64,000 nt of DNA from Deltaproteobacteria bacterium (GTDB taxonomy: Bacteria; Myxococcota_A; UBA9160; UBA4427): contig JAJDAO010000026.1 in NCBI GenBank assembly GCA_029261835.1, positions 260,666 through 324,665 of the forward strand, given 5' to 3'. Position 1 is the first letter of the stretch. Every line of letters begins with the position of its first letter. The notes beneath the pieces were generated by a model. It ran no database searches, was not told the origin of the DNA, and saw nothing but the letters and a program-made list of their open reading frames with translations. Both the position numbers and the translations under genes were made by a program. This document shows, piece by piece, positions 26,774-36,145 of the stretch.

Positions 26774-27630
26774 GCACGATTCTCAAAGCGCTTCGCCGTC
26801 TCGAACAAGAGAAGGAGAGACAGGCGGCGGCCGAGCGGCTGCACGGCGATGTGATGGCTCCCTCGACCGCGGCCGCAGCGGGCTGGAGACGTCGCTCGGG
26901 TTGGCTGATGCTGGGACTCGGCCTTGTCGCGGGCCTACTCGTCGCGCTGCTCTACAGCGGGGTGCCGGTCGGGCCGGCGGGCAGATCCGGCCCGGAGCTG
27001 CCGGAAGTCGCAGCGGAGAGTCCCCCGCAGCGGTCGCTTCGCCGGCCGTCCTCGACACCGGCCGAGAAGCCAGCCGTGTCTCGCCGAGAGGTGGCAGCTG
27101 GCGCAGCTCTGTCGGCATCTCCCGCTTCGCCGCCGGATCGGCAGACCGCGAGTTCGCCGCCGCCTGGCGCGGCGATGCGCGCCGAGTCGGTACGGGCAGA
27201 GCCGCCGGCAGCGAAGTTGTCCGTTGCGCCGGCCTCGCCTCCGCCCGAGATCTCCGCCGTCGCGGTTGCTCCTCCGCCACCGCGAGCCAGCAGCGCCCCC
27301 GCCCCGATCCAGAAGCAGAATAGGGAGCATCCGGAGCCGTTGATCGAGCCCGCCACCAGAGAGGCGTCGGCTCGCCCCGCGCCAGTGCCGGCGCCGGTCA
27401 AGAGCATCCGACGATCGGTCGGCACGGAGGTCTCCGTCATCCGCACGGTCTGGCACCCGGTAGCGGAGCGTCGCGTCGCGCACCTCGCGGTTGGAAGCGA
27501 TCAGGAGATCGTTCGGCTTCACGAGGGTGATGCCTACAGCGGCATGGTGGTTGCGGAGATCTCTCCCTCCGGCGTCACCTTCGAACGGGGTGGCGTACGC
27601 ATCAGCCGACGCGTAGGCGAGGGGCGCTGA
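26770..27630 (+). CDS. gspB: GspB/ExeB-like protein
   Basis: The N-terminal MSTILKALRRLEQEKE resembles the GspB MSYILDAL(K/R)K(A/S)E motif. It has one TM and a Pro/Ala-rich linker. The C-terminal segment is VRLHEGDAYSGMVVAEISPSGVTFERGGVRI. A 4-nt overlap with the ExeA-like gene suggests translational coupling. Confidence 0.65.
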   Translation: MSTILKALRRLEQEKERQAAAERLHGDVMAPSTAAAAGWRRRSGWLMLGLGLVAGLLVALLYSGVPVGPAGRSGPELPEVAAESPPQRSLRRPSSTPAEKPAVSRREVAAGAALSASPASPPDRQTASSPPPGAAMRAESVRAEPPAAKLSVAPASPPPEISAVAVAPPPPRASSAPAPIQKQNREHPEPLIEPATREASARPAPVPAPVKSIRRSVGTEVSVIRTVWHPVAERRVAHLAVGSDQEIVRLHEGDAYSGMVVAEISPSGVTFERGGVRISRRVGEGR

Positions 27631-27639
27631 GGCCGGAGT

Positions 27640-28527
27640 TCAGCGCAGCGAGATCGTCCCGTTCGAAGTCCGAAGCTTGATTGGGACCCCGCCGCGACCG
27701 AGCCGGCCGCGCAGCCGGCCGTTGCTTTCGCTGGCCCGCGACCCGAAGCTCAGCTCGCTGCGGATCAGCCCGTTGTCCACACGAATGTCCACCTCGGCGT
27801 CGGGCTCTTCGGGCAGCTCCAGCACGATGCGTCCATTGCTCGTCGCCAGCGAGATCCCCTCCCTGGCAAGCTGCTCGAGTGTGGCGTGGATGAGCCCGTT
27901 GGAGGTGGAGGCATCGATCGATCCTCGGTGTTCCCCCACTTCGATCTTGCCATTACTCGAGCGCGCTACCAGGCGGCCACATGTGCAGGCGCATGAAACC
28001 TTCGCGTTCGCCGTGGTGATATCAATGTCGCCTACCACGTCATCGATCCTGACGGAGCCGTTGCTCGAATTGACGCGAACGGTGCAGCGCAGGCCCTGTA
28101 GGCAGAGCTTGCCGTTGGCAGAGCTGACGCGTGTCTCGAGCCGGCGTGGCACGCGGATCTCGAGGTCAACGCTGCCGTGGCGATTCCACTTGCGCGGGAT
28201 CTCGACGCCCAGCTCCAGCGTGCCGCTGACTTCAGCGGCGTCTACACCGATGTCGTCGAGTAGCTGCTGGGCCGCCTGCTGGGTCTCGGCCCGTGCGTGC
28301 TTGACGGCTCGCAGTGACAGATCGCTGCGATCCTCGCCGATCACGCGCGTCTTGCCGTTGGCGTTGTGGACATCGATCACGTTGCCGCGGGGCACGTCAA
28401 ACGTGATCTGCTCTTCGACGCTGGCACTCTCACTCCAGGGAATGCCCGCCAGCAAGCTGCGAAGGAAGCTGCTCAGGCCGCCCGTCTCATCGCACTTCTC
28501 GCCGTCGTCGATCGGCTTGCTACTCAT
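27640..28527 (-). CDS. DUF4097-like (putative adhesin/beta-helix repeat) protein
   Basis: It has repeated SxNGxI/V units (SSANGKLCL, SSNGSVRI, SSNGKIEV, TSNGLIHA, TSNGRIVL, SNGRLRG, TSNGTISL). The start is at MSSKPIDD; the 71 upstream codons of the track ORF look non-coding. Confidence 0.7.
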   Translation of the reverse strand: MSSKPIDDGEKCDETGGLSSFLRSLLAGIPWSESASVEEQITFDVPRGNVIDVHNANGKTRVIGEDRSDLSLRAVKHARAETQQAAQQLLDDIGVDAAEVSGTLELGVEIPRKWNRHGSVDLEIRVPRRLETRVSSANGKLCLQGLRCTVRVNSSNGSVRIDDVVGDIDITTANAKVSCACTCGRLVARSSNGKIEVGEHRGSIDASTSNGLIHATLEQLAREGISLATSNGRIVLELPEEPDAEVDIRVDNGLIRSELSFGSRASESNGRLRGRLGRGGVPIKLRTSNGTISLR

Positions 28528-28549
28528 CGCATGGTCCCGCCAGCCCGGG

Positions 28550-29350
28550 CTAGTGATACCTTCGGGAGTTATTTCGATCGTCCTCGTCTCTGCGCTGCCG
28601 CCGTTGCCGGTCCTCTTCGTGGACAGAGCGAATCTTCTGCCGCATGCGGTAGCGCCGCCACTTGAGCTTGAATGTCTCGAGCGTGGGTGCGCCCGGCGTG
28701 CGTCCCTCCCGCACGAGGTAGACCCAACCCACCACCACACCGCCCAGGTGCCCGAGATGGCTCACATTGGAGGGGCCCATGAACTCGAGAACCAGGATCA
28801 CCGGAATGAGCCAGATGGCCTTGATGGGCATCGGCGGAAAGATCAGCATGAGGGTGCGCTCTGGCCAGGTGAAGCCGTAAGCGAGCACCACGCCCATCAC
28901 GGCCCCCGAGGCGCCCAGAGTCGGAATGAGCAGGGCCTGGGTCGGGACCTGCCAGCCGAGCAGGATCGGAATGAAGGGTACACTTGCGATCAGCGCCCCA
29001 GCCCCGACTCCGCACACCAGGTAGTACTTGAGGAATCGCTGCTGCCCCCACAGCAGTACGAGCGGAGAGCCGAACATCCACAGCGCAAACATGTTGAACA
29101 TGATGTGAAACGGCAGGCCCGCGCTCGGGCTGTGGAGCCACATGTACGTGAAGGGACGCCAAAGTTGGAAGCCGTACCACACGTCTGCAGGAGAGACCGT
29201 GCCGAGCCGTGTGACGGCCGGCGAGACGAGCTGCAGAATGAAGACGACGCCGTTGGCGATCAGCAGATTCTTTATGATTTGAGGTGTGGCAGGCGGGCCG
29301 AAGCCGAGCTGGGATCCACGTCCGTACACGTTCTTCCACTCCTTGCTCAT
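28550..29350 (-). CDS. rhomboid-family intramembrane serine protease
   Basis: It has HxxxN (HIMFNMFALWMFG), the catalytic GASGAVMG and the later His (HLGHLGG) in a six-TM protein, plus a basic C-terminal tail. Confidence 0.85.
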   Translation of the reverse strand: MSKEWKNVYGRGSQLGFGPPATPQIIKNLLIANGVVFILQLVSPAVTRLGTVSPADVWYGFQLWRPFTYMWLHSPSAGLPFHIMFNMFALWMFGSPLVLLWGQQRFLKYYLVCGVGAGALIASVPFIPILLGWQVPTQALLIPTLGASGAVMGVVLAYGFTWPERTLMLIFPPMPIKAIWLIPVILVLEFMGPSNVSHLGHLGGVVVGWVYLVREGRTPGAPTLETFKLKWRRYRMRQKIRSVHEEDRQRRQRRDEDDRNNSRRYH

Positions 29351-29486
29351 TCGAACTCGCGGCGACGGCTCGACGAGCCGTCACCGGCCCAACGGGGTTG
29401 CTCCCCCCGCGCAGATCATGCCGTTTGGGGGGCGGCTGGTCGAAATGAGCGGCGGGACGGGCGCGGAATCCCGCTACAGAAGAAAA

Positions 29487-29515
29487 AGCTTAGTTATTGT
29501 GCATAGTTCAGTCAA
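29487..29515 (-). promoter_or_regulatory. candidate sigma-70-type promoter for the rhomboid gene
   Basis: The minus strand reads TTGACT-17 nt-TAAGCT inside a short AT-rich patch of an otherwise GC-rich intergenic region. The -10 element is weak. Confidence 0.25.
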
Positions 29516-29583
29516 CTTCCGGAGCGCTACCGCCGGCCGTGCCCGGTCGGCCTCAGCGCCCGCTCGGGTGTTTGCCGGTGCGC

Positions 29584-30105
29584 TCAGGCGAGCTTCCCGA
29601 GGAGCCGGGCGGCGTGGAGCAGCGCCAAGCTGCTCTTCGCGTCCGGCAGCTCGCCTGACCAGATCAGCTCGAGCGCGCTGTCCAGCGGCACCGGCACCAG
29701 CTCGATCAGCTCGTCGTCCTCGAGGCGCTGCCGGGTCTTCTCGAGTTCGTAGGCGGCGAACAGGTAGATCCGTTCGTCGGTGAAGCCGGGAGTCGTGAAG
29801 ATCCAGCCGAGCGCCTCGACACGTCCCGCCCGGTATCCCGTCTCCTCCTCGAGCTCGCGCACGGCGCATTCCGCGGGGTCCTCACCCGCGTCGAGCTTTC
29901 CCGCCGGCACCTCGTAGATCGTCCCGCCTGCCGCGTGGCGGTACTGGCGAATGAGAAGAACCTCGTCGGCTGAGAGAAAGGGCACCACTGCCGCGGCCCC
30001 TGGATGGCGCACGATATCGAGAGTCACTTGCCTGCCGTTGGGCAAGCTGACCTCCTCGGTCGAGACCTCGATCCAGGCACCCCGGTAGATGCGTCGCGCA
30101 GCCAT
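29584..30105 (-). CDS. NUDIX hydrolase (ADP-ribose pyrophosphatase-like)
   Basis: It has the Nudix box GKLDAGEDPAECAVRELEEETGY. Confidence 0.85.
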   Translation of the reverse strand: MAARRIYRGAWIEVSTEEVSLPNGRQVTLDIVRHPGAAAVVPFLSADEVLLIRQYRHAAGGTIYEVPAGKLDAGEDPAECAVRELEEETGYRAGRVEALGWIFTTPGFTDERIYLFAAYELEKTRQRLEDDELIELVPVPLDSALELIWSGELPDAKSSLALLHAARLLGKLA

Positions 30106-30163
30106 GCAGCGCAGGCTAGCCTGAAATCGTCACGCCGGTTCGCATTTCGAAGGAGAGGCGTCC

Positions 30164-30811
30164 ATGGCCCCGAGATCATTCGAGCGACCCGCGATGATCG
30201 CGCTGCCGCCCGAGGCGGCCGGAGAGGGTCGGGCTCTCGAGGGACTCTTCGTACCGGTCGACGACCCGGCATGCGGCGGTGCGGTGATCGCGCCACCTCA
30301 TCCGTTGATGGGGGGGAGCATGGAGTCCCCGGTCGTGTGCGAGATCGCGTACGCGTGCCAGCGGGCCGGTCTGGCGAGCCTGCGCTTCAACTGGCGCGGC
30401 GTCGGGGCGAGCGCGGGTGACATCAGTGCAGATCAGGTCGTGGCGGATGTCGACTATCGTGCGGCCCTCGAGTTCATGCGCGAGACGGTGAGCGGTCCGA
30501 TCTCGGGCTGTGGCTACTCTTTCGGCGCGGCCGCAGCCATTCGAGCCACGAGACAGCTTCCAGTGCCGCATGCTCTCTTGCTCGTAGCCCCGCCGACCGG
30601 CGAGCTCGAGCGAGAGCTGTTGCGCGCCTTTCCCAATGAGATCTTCATTGCGGTCGGCGATCAGGACGACTTCGTGGCCCACGACGAGCTGTCTCAGATC
30701 GCCCACGTGGCCAGGGCGGCTCACCTCGAGCTGTTCAGCGGCTGTGATCACTTCTTCATCAGCCATCTCGCCGAGCTGAGCCAGGCGATGCGGTCGTGGT
30801 GGCAGCGCTAG
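30164..30811 (+). CDS. alpha/beta-fold hydrolase (small, KANL3/Tex30-like)
   Basis: HPLMGGSMESPVV and a nucleophile-elbow-like GYSFGA are present, in a product of about 215 aa. Specific function is unknown. Confidence 0.6.
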   Translation: MAPRSFERPAMIALPPEAAGEGRALEGLFVPVDDPACGGAVIAPPHPLMGGSMESPVVCEIAYACQRAGLASLRFNWRGVGASAGDISADQVVADVDYRAALEFMRETVSGPISGCGYSFGAAAAIRATRQLPVPHALLLVAPPTGELERELLRAFPNEIFIAVGDQDDFVAHDELSQIAHVARAAHLELFSGCDHFFISHLAELSQAMRSWWQR

Positions 30812-30836
30812 CCGCTCTGACGCACAGCGGTCCGAC

Positions 30837-32120
30837 TCAGCGCTGCAGTGGACGCCCGGGCAGGCGCACGTGGAAGCGAGCGCCTCCTTGTGGCGCGTCA
30901 CCGATGTCGATGGTGCCGCCGGCCTCTTCGACCAGCCGTCGCGAGATCGCCAGGCCGAGGCCCCCCGGCTGGCCGTTACGAGTCGAGTAGAAGGCCTCGA
31001 AGACCCGCTCGCGATGCTCGTCGGGGATACCACTTCCCTGATCATCGACCGTCAGCTCGACCACGCGCCCCTCGCTGTTCGCCCGACTGTCGGCGCTGAG
31101 AGTGACGCGGCCACCGGCCGGAGTCGCCTCCAGCGCGTTGAGGATCAGGTTGAGGAGGACCTGGCGCAGCGCGTCGTGTGGCATCGCGACCCCGCATCCG
31201 CCCGTCCCGATCTGCTGAGCGATCACCACCCCTCGCTCACGGGCTCGGTGCGCGAGGAGCTGGCCGACAGCCTCGAGCGCCTCCGCGACGTCCGCCGCCT
31301 CGCCCGGATCCTGCTCGGCACGCGGCCCTGCGTGCCTCAGCACCGTGTCGATCAGTCGTTCCAGACGTGCCACTTCGCCGTTCACCACCTCGCGGAAGTC
31401 GCCGTGAAACTCCGGGTCCTCGAGGCGATCGGGCAGGAGCTGCAAGAACGTCTTGATCGAGACCAGCGGATTTCTCACCTCGTGGACGATCTCAGTCGTC
31501 AGATCGCCCAGCGCCGCCATTCGGTCCAGCCGCCGCACGGCGTCGTCGAGTCGGTCGAGTCTTGCGACCGCCCCTGCCGTGGTGAGTGGGCCACACAAAC
31601 CACTGCCGATCTCGTCGAGGGCGGCCAGCGTGCGCGGCCGAACCTCGCCCCGCCGATCGTCGGGTCCGCCCAGCAGGAGCACGGCCAGCGTCGCGGATCG
31701 CTCGTTGCCGAGGTTGGGGCGCACCGCCACCGCAGCCGTCAGCCCGGAGAGGAGGCTGAGCCTCCCGAGCGCCGGATCGAGACCCCGCTCACCGAGGTCC
31801 GTCGCGCGCGTCAGGCTACACAGCGGCCCGAATGCCTCCGGGTCGGGCGCGGGCGGCTGGCCGTCGCGTTGATAGCCGGCGGCCGCCAGGAGGCCGCCGG
31901 CCTCTCGCGGCATCCAGGCGCAGGCGCTGTGGGCAGCCGTTCGGCTCACGAGTCGCCGGACGGCATCCGCCAGCACGTTCTGCACGTCGATCTCGGCAGC
32001 GCGTGCACCGAGGGCCGAGCGTTCGGCCAGGTCGTCGGGAAAGATGGCATCGAGCAGGGCAGCAGTCGAACGCCGCGCGCCTTTCGCCGCCCTCCGGCCG
32101 TGAAGGTCACCGCCCTGCAT
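30837..32120 (-). CDS. cytoplasmic sensor histidine kinase (GAF-like N-terminus, HisKA, HATPase_c)
   Basis: The H-box is EIVHEVRNPLVSIKTF, the N-box is LLNLILNALEA, and the G-boxes are DDQGSGIP and GGLGLAISR. No TM segments are evident. No adjacent response regulator is present. Confidence 0.85.
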   Translation of the reverse strand: MQGGDLHGRRAAKGARRSTAALLDAIFPDDLAERSALGARAAEIDVQNVLADAVRRLVSRTAAHSACAWMPREAGGLLAAAGYQRDGQPPAPDPEAFGPLCSLTRATDLGERGLDPALGRLSLLSGLTAAVAVRPNLGNERSATLAVLLLGGPDDRRGEVRPRTLAALDEIGSGLCGPLTTAGAVARLDRLDDAVRRLDRMAALGDLTTEIVHEVRNPLVSIKTFLQLLPDRLEDPEFHGDFREVVNGEVARLERLIDTVLRHAGPRAEQDPGEAADVAEALEAVGQLLAHRARERGVVIAQQIGTGGCGVAMPHDALRQVLLNLILNALEATPAGGRVTLSADSRANSEGRVVELTVDDQGSGIPDEHRERVFEAFYSTRNGQPGGLGLAISRRLVEEAGGTIDIGDAPQGGARFHVRLPGRPLQR

Positions 32121-32174
32121 TGCCCCGTTGCTAACCCGCCTGCCCCGCTCCTGTCAAGCAGACAGATTCGTCGT

Positions 32175-34865
32175 CTAGAAGATGTCATCGCGCAGTGCTC
32201 TCTGCGCATCGCTGTCCGAATCGCGCTCACTGACACTGCGACTCGGTGCCGTTCCCTCGATGAAGGGCTGGAAATACGCGTCAGCGCTGCCCGCGTCGGC
32301 GATCAGCCCGGTGTTGCGGTCGATGCGCTCGAACACGATCTGGTGCCTGGGGACGTCGAAGTCGCGAACCGGAACCGAGGCCAGCGCCACCCGCATGAAG
32401 CCTCTCCAGATGGGCAGTGCAGCCCCCGCACCGGTTTCGCCGAAGCCGAGCACCTGGTTGTCGTCGTGTCCCACCCAGACCCCGGTCGTGATCTCTGGCG
32501 AGAAGCCCATGAACCAGGCGTCGCCCTGCTCGTTGGTCGTTCCCGTCTTGCCCGCCAACGGGCGGCGCAGCGAGCGCAGTCCGCGGCCGGTTCCCTCCTG
32601 CACGACCGCCTTGAGTAGGTCGCACATCAGGTAGGCGGCCGCCTCGGAGATGACCTCGTCACTGGGCATGATCTCCGCATCCGGGTAAGCGGGCATGTCT
32701 TGACCCGCGCCGGACAGCGGTCGTAGCACGGGCGGCGGCGGCTCGCCGAGCGGGACATCCTCGAGCAGCACCTGGCCAGAGTGCTCGGTCACCCGCGTGA
32801 TGAAGCGCGGCACGACACGCCGTCCGCGATTGGGAAAGACCGCGTAGGCGGTGGTGAGCTCGAGCAGTGTCACGGAGCTGGAACCCAGTGCCAGAGAGAG
32901 ATCGCGACTGAGCGGCGACCGGATTCCGAAGCGGCGTGCGTAGTCGATCACGAAGTCGACGCCCACATCGCGAAAGAGGTGTACGGTCGCGTTGTTGACC
33001 GACTTCTTGAGCGCGTTGCGCAGCGGGATGGGGCCGTAGAAGTGCCGGCCGTAGTTGCGCGGTGCCCAGACGAAGCCCGAGATGGGATCCGTGTAGACCA
33101 CCGGCCGATCCACCACTTCGGACACGGGTGTGTAGCCCTTCTCCAATGCCGCTCCGTAGATGAACGGCTTGAAGGCCGAGCCGGGCTGGCGCAGCGCCTG
33201 GGTTGCGCGGTTGAATTCACTATGCGTGTAGTCGTAGCCGCCGACCAGCGCCAGGACGTCGCCGGTCGCGGTGTCGAGCGAGAGGAGCGCGCCCTCGACG
33301 ATGGGCAACTGAAACAGGCCGAGGCGCGGCAGCGGCAGCGCGTTCTCCTCGTTCTCGTCCATCGGCTCTGTGCCCGGCTCCGGCTCTTCGACCGGCAAGT
33401 CTTCGAGGCGTACGAAGCGGGCGACATCGCCCGCACGAAGAATCCTGTCGATCTCTTTGACAGGCCGCGGTCGCCGCTTTGGGTGCACCTCACGGGCCCA
33501 GCTCACGTCTTCGAGCCGCACCGTACCCTCGACGCCCGGCGCGAAGCTCACCCGCGCGCTCTGGGCGGCGCCATCGACCTCGGTCACGATCCCGAGCAGG
33601 GGCTCGTCGAAGGGAAGTGTTGGCACCTGGATGATGGCCTCGTCCTCCGCCTCGTCCTCCACCTCGCCCTCCGGCGCTGCACCAACCGGCGCATCTTCGG
33701 CCGTCTCGGCGATCTCCATCTCGGGTGCTCCGTCGATCGGCGTGTCGATCGGTGCGTCGACAGGCGTCGCGGGCTCTTCGTCGACGGGTTCGAGCCACTT
33801 CGCGTTGGCCTCGGCGAGCCGGTCGATCTCGAGGTAGATCTCGCTCTGCGCCACCTGTCGCACCGGTCCGCGGAAGCCGCGGCGCTTGTCGTGGGCCTCG
33901 AGACCGCGCCGCAGCGAGGCCACCGCGGATCTTTGCAGATCGATGTCCAACGTCGTTTCGATCACCAGTCCGTTTCGCAGCACGGAGTCGCCGCCGAGTC
34001 GATCGAAGAGATAGCGGCGCACTAGCTCGGCGAAGTGCGCTGCCGGCGCCAGGCCCTCGTCCTCGACCGCGCCCTGGATGACGGGCGGACTCGCCATGGC
34101 CTCCTCGTACGCCGGCCGATCGATGAAGTCGTCCGCCAGCATGCGCTCCAGCACGTAGCGACGCCGTTTCTCTGCACCCGCCGGATCGCGATACGGAGAG
34201 TATTCGGAGGGGCGCTGCGGCAAGCCGGCCAGCAGGGCCGACTCCGAAAGCGTGAGGTCTCTGACCTGCTTGCCGAAGTAAGAGCGGGCCGCCTGCCCGA
34301 TCCCCCAGGCGCCGTGGCCGAAGTAGATCTGGTTTACGTAGAGGTAGAGGATTTCGTCCTTGGTGAAGTGACGCTCGATGCGACGCGCGAGAATCATCTC
34401 GCGAATCTTTCGGCGAAAGGTGCGCTCGGGTGAGAGCAGCAGGCTCTTCACCATCTGCTGGGTGATGGTGCTGGCACCCTGCTTGATCGAGCCGCCGGCG
34501 CGCAGGTTGGCGAGTGCGGCACGCAGTATGGAGGTGTAATCGAGTCCGCCGTGTTCGAAGAACGACTTGTCCTCTGCGGCCGCGAAGGCGAGCTGCACGT
34601 GACGCGGAATCTCGTCGATCTGGACCAGCCGGCGTTTCTCGTGAAAGAATTCGCCGATCGGCCGCCTGTTGCGGTCGAGCACGATGCTCGTGACGGGCGG
34701 GTTGTAGTCCGCGATACGCCGCAGATCGGGCAGATCCCTCAGGAATTGATAGTGGAACGCCCACCCGCCTGCCCCCGCTGCGAGGCACAGGGCGACGACT
34801 GTTGTCAGCACGACCCGCTTGGCCCGGGACTGGACGAAAGGCATGCGAACTCCAGCGGTTGCCAA
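32175..34865 (-). CDS. mrcA: penicillin-binding protein 1A (bifunctional transglycosylase/transpeptidase)
   Basis: The GT51 motifs are AAEDKSFFEHGG, GASTITQQ and RKIRE. The transpeptidase motifs are SAFKP, SVN and KTGTT. An acidic insert lies between the modules. Confidence 0.95.
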   Translation of the reverse strand: MATAGVRMPFVQSRAKRVVLTTVVALCLAAGAGGWAFHYQFLRDLPDLRRIADYNPPVTSIVLDRNRRPIGEFFHEKRRLVQIDEIPRHVQLAFAAAEDKSFFEHGGLDYTSILRAALANLRAGGSIKQGASTITQQMVKSLLLSPERTFRRKIREMILARRIERHFTKDEILYLYVNQIYFGHGAWGIGQAARSYFGKQVRDLTLSESALLAGLPQRPSEYSPYRDPAGAEKRRRYVLERMLADDFIDRPAYEEAMASPPVIQGAVEDEGLAPAAHFAELVRRYLFDRLGGDSVLRNGLVIETTLDIDLQRSAVASLRRGLEAHDKRRGFRGPVRQVAQSEIYLEIDRLAEANAKWLEPVDEEPATPVDAPIDTPIDGAPEMEIAETAEDAPVGAAPEGEVEDEAEDEAIIQVPTLPFDEPLLGIVTEVDGAAQSARVSFAPGVEGTVRLEDVSWAREVHPKRRPRPVKEIDRILRAGDVARFVRLEDLPVEEPEPGTEPMDENEENALPLPRLGLFQLPIVEGALLSLDTATGDVLALVGGYDYTHSEFNRATQALRQPGSAFKPFIYGAALEKGYTPVSEVVDRPVVYTDPISGFVWAPRNYGRHFYGPIPLRNALKKSVNNATVHLFRDVGVDFVIDYARRFGIRSPLSRDLSLALGSSSVTLLELTTAYAVFPNRGRRVVPRFITRVTEHSGQVLLEDVPLGEPPPPVLRPLSGAGQDMPAYPDAEIMPSDEVISEAAAYLMCDLLKAVVQEGTGRGLRSLRRPLAGKTGTTNEQGDAWFMGFSPEITTGVWVGHDDNQVLGFGETGAGAALPIWRGFMRVALASVPVRDFDVPRHQIVFERIDRNTGLIADAGSADAYFQPFIEGTAPSRSVSERDSDSDAQRALRDDIF

Positions 34866-35091
34866 ATCCTAGCCCCGATTGTTCAGGAAGCGCCTGCGAT
34901 GAGGCTGCACTCTCTCGCTACGGACCACAGTACGGCGTCGAGGCTAGCCGAGGCCGACCAGCCTGCGCTACCGCTTTGGGGTCGTGGGGCGGGGGCAAGG
35001 GGCCGCTTCGCGGTCGACTCTTGTCGCTGCTCGAATTCAGCAGTCGCGACACGGTGAGGATCGAACAACAATAGTGAAGGGGACGTTCCCG

Positions 35092-36063
35092 ATGGCAGCG
35101 CGCTCGCTCCGCATGGCATTCGTCATGGATCCCGTCGAGTCCGAGGACATCGACGCTTCGACGACTTTCGTGCTGATGCTCGAGGCGCAGCAGCGCGGGC
35201 ACGAGGTCCTGTACGTCGACCCGGCGGACCTGTGCGTCATCGAGGGTGAGCCCGCGGCCCGGGCCACCGGCGTCCGTTTGTGCCGAGAACGCGGACAGCA
35301 CGTGGCGCGGCACGACACACGGCTCGTGATTCTCGATCGTGACGTGGATGTCGCGTTCCAGCGCGTCGACCCCCCGGTCGACGCGGACTATGTCGTTGCC
35401 AGCCAGATCCTCGACCTGTGCCGGCGCACACTCGTGCTCAACCGTCCGACCAGCGTCGTGGCCTACAACGAAAAGCTGCTGGCGTTGCACTTTCGCGATC
35501 TGATGCCGGAGACGACGGTGACGCGCCGCATCGTCGACCTGCACGCCTTCATGGACGCCATGGGGGGCGAAATGGTCGTCAAACCGCTGGATGGCAAGGG
35601 TGGCGAAGGTGTCTTCCACGTCGCCAAGGGGGAGCGAAACCTCTCCTCGATCCTCGAGCAGATGACGGCTTTCGAGAGCCGCCCCGTAATGGCGCAGCGT
35701 TACCTGCCCGATATTCGGCAGGGGGACAAGCGAATCCTCTTGCTCGAGGGCGAGCCGCTCGGCGCTGTCCTGCGGGTGCCGGCCGAGAGCGAGGTGCGGG
35801 CGAATCTTCACGTCGGCGGGCGGGCGGCGCGGGCCGACATCAACCCGGCCGATCAGCGGATCATCGAGCGTCTCGCACCACGGCTGCGGCGTGATGGCCT
35901 GTTCTTGGTCGGTATCGACGTGATCGGAGGCCTCCTCACCGAGGTCAACGTCACTAGCCCAACGGGCATGCAAGAGATCAACGCGCTCGATGACACGCAG
36001 CTGCAGGCGCGCGTAATCGACCGCGTCGAGGAACTGCTCCGCCCGCCCGCCCCCTCTGCCTGA
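35092..36063 (+). CDS. gshB: glutathione synthetase (prokaryotic ATP-grasp type)
   Basis: It reads MAFVMDPVESEDIDASTTFVLMLEAQQRGHEV..., NEKLLAL, VVKPLDGKGGEGVF, GDKRILLLEGEP, RANLHVGG and LTEVNVTSPTG. The start is at ATG 35092. Confidence 0.9.
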   Translation: MAARSLRMAFVMDPVESEDIDASTTFVLMLEAQQRGHEVLYVDPADLCVIEGEPAARATGVRLCRERGQHVARHDTRLVILDRDVDVAFQRVDPPVDADYVVASQILDLCRRTLVLNRPTSVVAYNEKLLALHFRDLMPETTVTRRIVDLHAFMDAMGGEMVVKPLDGKGGEGVFHVAKGERNLSSILEQMTAFESRPVMAQRYLPDIRQGDKRILLLEGEPLGAVLRVPAESEVRANLHVGGRAARADINPADQRIIERLAPRLRRDGLFLVGIDVIGGLLTEVNVTSPTGMQEINALDDTQLQARVIDRVEELLRPPAPSA

Positions 36064-36145
36064 GTCCGCACCGCGGCATCCCCGAGAGGGCTCAAGCCGA
36101 CTCGGCCGCGACCCAGTGGGCAAATCAGGCTAGTCTCAGACAGCC

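Noticed and set aside
27677-29506. 609-aa plus-strand ORF spanning the DUF4097 and rhomboid loci
   Set aside because: The translation is Ser/Pro/Arg-rich and crosses an intergenic gap. Both minus-strand genes have recognisable family motifs.
30870-34788. Several 400-580-aa ORFs antisense to the histidine kinase and PBP1A genes (30870-32618, 32781-34025, 33490-34788)
   Set aside because: They show no motifs and have extreme Arg/Gly/Asp content. PBP1A and HK signatures on the minus-strand frames are decisive.
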